Source: Spirochaetia bacterium
GTDB taxonomy: Bacteria > Spirochaetota > Spirochaetia > SZUA-6 > Bin103
Reading direction: 5' to 3'
NCBI GenBank assembly: GCA_965198005.1
Contig: CBDAOI010000003.1
Location: 512,001-576,000, forward strand
DNA: 64,000 bases
Shown: positions 61,924-64,000 of the stretch, in pieces
Position numbering within the stretch: the first letter of the stretch is position 1
Layout: the number at the start of each line of letters is the position of its first letter
The notes under the pieces: generated by a model
Databases searched by the model: none
What the model was told of the DNA's origin: nothing
The model's input: the letters and a program-made list of their open reading frames with translations, nothing else
Made by a program: the position numbers and the translations under genes

Positions 61924-61952
61924 ATATTTTGCCAAAATATATTTTGCCAAAA
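61924..61952. promoter_or_regulatory. Tandem palindromic AT-rich site (ATATTTTGCCAAAA twice, 15-bp period)
   Basis: ATATTTTG-C-CAAAATAT has perfect 8-bp arms and overlaps a second copy. Confidence 0.5.
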
Positions 61953-62004
61953 ATCCATTGCCCGATGATCTTGTCTCGTACGTCCTTGCGGGGAGTAGTC
62001 GTAT

Positions 62005-62533
62005 ATGCGGAATATCATCGGCCAAGCGGTAGTAGGCGACGATCTCTACGGACGAGATTACGAACTGGCCCGTCTGTGGGAGTATCAACACGTCTTGGAA
62101 GCAGCATATGCAAGCGTTGAAGGAGCTGGGCGAAGAAGAAGACGTGGACTTCTTCAAGAACTGGCTCCGAGCTCGTCACGCCGAGACGATCCGTCCAGGG
62201 CTGAAGGGCGCTGAGAACAAGGACTTTGAGCGCATCGGAACGGAATTCCATCGGTGGGTGAGGGATCAGAAGGAGCATCTTGGGCTCGTAGACTCCGATT
62301 CCTTCGTGCGCTTCGTCTCACGCGATTTGGACTTCTACGCGTGCAGGGCTCTGGAAATCGGGAGGGCGGCGCGAACGCTCATCAAGGGTTGGGAGTCAGT
62401 CCGCTATAACGAAGACCGCGGCTTCACCTTGCAGACGCAGGCGCTCTTCGCGACGCCCCGCAGCTTCCCGCACGTGCTGATCGTGATGCTCGACCAGCTG
62501 CGGGCGGACTCGGTCGGCTGCGCCGGCCAGCCT
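62005..62533 (+). pseudogene. Chimera of gene fragments: ATPase N-terminus, DUF262/GmrSD-like internal part, sulfatase N-terminus
   Basis: GQAVVGDDLYGRDYEL; DFERIGTEFHRWVRD; PHVLIVMLDQLRADSVGCAG. Confidence 0.55.
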
Positions 62534-62598
62534 CGCAGCGCCCATGTTGTGGGGTTACGAAATCACCAGCGGATTGCGCCGGGCGCAGTGGCACAAGC

Positions 62599-63540
62599 TC
62601 ACCCCTGCTCCGGGTCGATGCCCGATCGGCGCAGCAAGGCCGCCAAGCGTTCGGCGCGCTGCCGTTCCTGCTCGGCGCGCTGGCGTTCCTGCTCGGCGCG
62701 CTGCCGTTCCCGCTCGGCACGCTGCCGTTCCTGCTCGGCACGCTGCCGTTCCTCCACCATCAGGTGCTCCGCGCGCTCGGCACGCTCCTTGCCCATCGGT
62801 ATCAACACGTCATGCTCGTCCATCCAGCGCAACCACCCGCTCCACCACACGCCCTCGAACTCCCCCTCCCACAGCCTCAGTCCCAGCCGTAGCTCCGGGA
62901 ACCGCGGCGACTCCTGCCTTGCGTAGCCCCGGTCGCTCAGCCGATACACGCGCAGATCCTCCCGCATCACCCGATGAAACGGATCGTAGATCACGTAGTA
63001 GCCAACACCCATGCGCGCGTACCTGAGCCGCTTGCGCCCCAGCTCCTCGCCTTCCCGGTTCGACACGATCTCCACCACCAGGTCCGGCGGCTTGCCGAAC
63101 TCCCACACGAAATAGGAGCGGTGCCGCTTGTCCCACCAGTCGGCGGCCACCTGCACGTCCAGGCTCAGAAACACGTCCGGCACGATCGCCGGGTTGCGCG
63201 CCTCCGCGAACACGCCGACGTTGGCAGCCGCCAGAAACCTGCGCCCGGCGCCCGGTCCGGCCCACGAGCTGTACAGCGGTTCGGTGAGCAGGCGTTGCTG
63301 CTTCTCGGAAGGCATGTTGTCCACCGGCGTATCATCCTCGGTCACCAGAGCTTCGACGTCGACGCTCAGCTGCGGCGCCGCCGGCGCCGCAGCAACCCCT
63401 GCTGCCTGGACCGCGGCGGCACGCGGCACGCTCGAGGCCGGCCTCGTGAGCACTCTGCCCGGCGGGGCAGGCTCCGCTCCGGGGGCGCTGGATTGCGGAT
63501 CAAGCGCGGAATGCCCGCGGTCGGGGGTGGTCGGCTCCAT
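62599..63540 (-). CDS. Uma2 (DUF820) family endonuclease with coiled-coil tail
   Basis: TEDDTPVDN, VPDVFLS, KPPDLVVEIVS and YYVIYDP motifs, followed by (AEQERQR)n. Confidence 0.9.
   Translation of the reverse strand: MEPTTPDRGHSALDPQSSAPGAEPAPPGRVLTRPASSVPRAAAVQAAGVAAAPAAPQLSVDVEALVTEDDTPVDNMPSEKQQRLLTEPLYSSWAGPGAGRRFLAAANVGVFAEARNPAIVPDVFLSLDVQVAADWWDKRHRSYFVWEFGKPPDLVVEIVSNREGEELGRKRLRYARMGVGYYVIYDPFHRVMREDLRVYRLSDRGYARQESPRFPELRLGLRLWEGEFEGVWWSGWLRWMDEHDVLIPMGKERAERAEHLMVEERQRAEQERQRAERERQRAEQERQRAEQERQRAERLAALLRRSGIDPEQG
62651..62753 (-). repeat. 21-bp tandem repeat, about 5 copies (AEQERQR heptads)
   Basis: Units start at 62651, 62672, 62693, 62714 and 62735. Confidence 0.85.
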
Positions 63541-63618
63541 GCGTTCGCCAGTATACGCCGAGCAAGCAGGACCTGCCACTTCGCAGCACGTGGCTGGCGC
63601 TGCTGCCGGTGGCCCGGA

Positions 63619-63780
63619 TCACGAACACCCCTGTCGTTCCGCGTACGCGTCGGCCGCTTCGTCCGCCTTCAGGTAGGCGACCGCACCGTATGCGGCGTGG
63701 GCCGCATACTCCGGCAGCAGCACGGCGACGTTGCGCAGGGTCTCCAGGAAGTGTTCGACGTCACGCACCTTCACCCGCGG
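63619..63780 (-). pseudogene. C-terminal fragment of a PD-(D/E)XK-like (DUF3782-type) protein
   Basis: DVEHFLETL...PEY...YGAVAYLKADEAADAYAERQG, then a premature stop. Confidence 0.45.
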
Positions 63781-64000
63781 GTTGTTGCTCAGGTCGAATT
63801 GCCACGGTCGCTGCTCTCCGCTCCGGGTCAACGGGCGGAGAGTCGGCGCTGCTTCAAGGACGGCTGCCGGCCCAGCAGCTCGTCGACGGCCGGCTGGCCG
63901 GTGGGGTACAGCCCCTCGGGTACGGTGGCTCCCGCCGGCAGCAACCGGCGCACCACCGCGGCGTAGTCGCCGCCGGGGTTCCACTGCCGGCGCACCGCGG

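Overview
High-GC bacterial chromosomal window, mostly housekeeping. It carries rsmG-uppP-ftsK, two tRNAs (Ile2/Met-CAT, Val-CAC), aroK, a PPi-type PFK, lgt, a ctpA-rsmE-bEBP-CesT-pspA run, a membrane pyrophosphatase, ppk1, fba, rlmN, pyruvate dehydrogenase aceE/aceF/lpdA, fabV and a DAHP synthase-prephenate dehydratase fusion. The gene content suggests a Spirochaetota-like organism (inference only). Four accessory patches stand out. (1) 9.6-12.5 kb: two near-identical YtxJ/BrxC-like genes with a CxxC motif flank a cassette of toxin-antitoxin, possible SIR2-like and duplicated-gene fragments. (2) 16.4-22.0 kb, the most unusual structure: a RIT (three tyrosine recombinase) element whose left end sits at the same nucleotide position in two inverted, slightly diverged copies of an HNH-gene 3' end. 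Each copy has a hairpin-rich tail that stops sharply against a 5'-truncated gene, and there is a right-end/6-bp/left-end junction plus a 20-bp palindrome. (3) 44.5-47.5 kb: pstS with a Pho-box-like repeat and a pair of LytTR membrane paralogs split the PDH operon. (4) 61.2-64 kb: a mosaic of gene fragments and a Uma2 nuclease. All calls come from reading motifs by eye; no searches were run.
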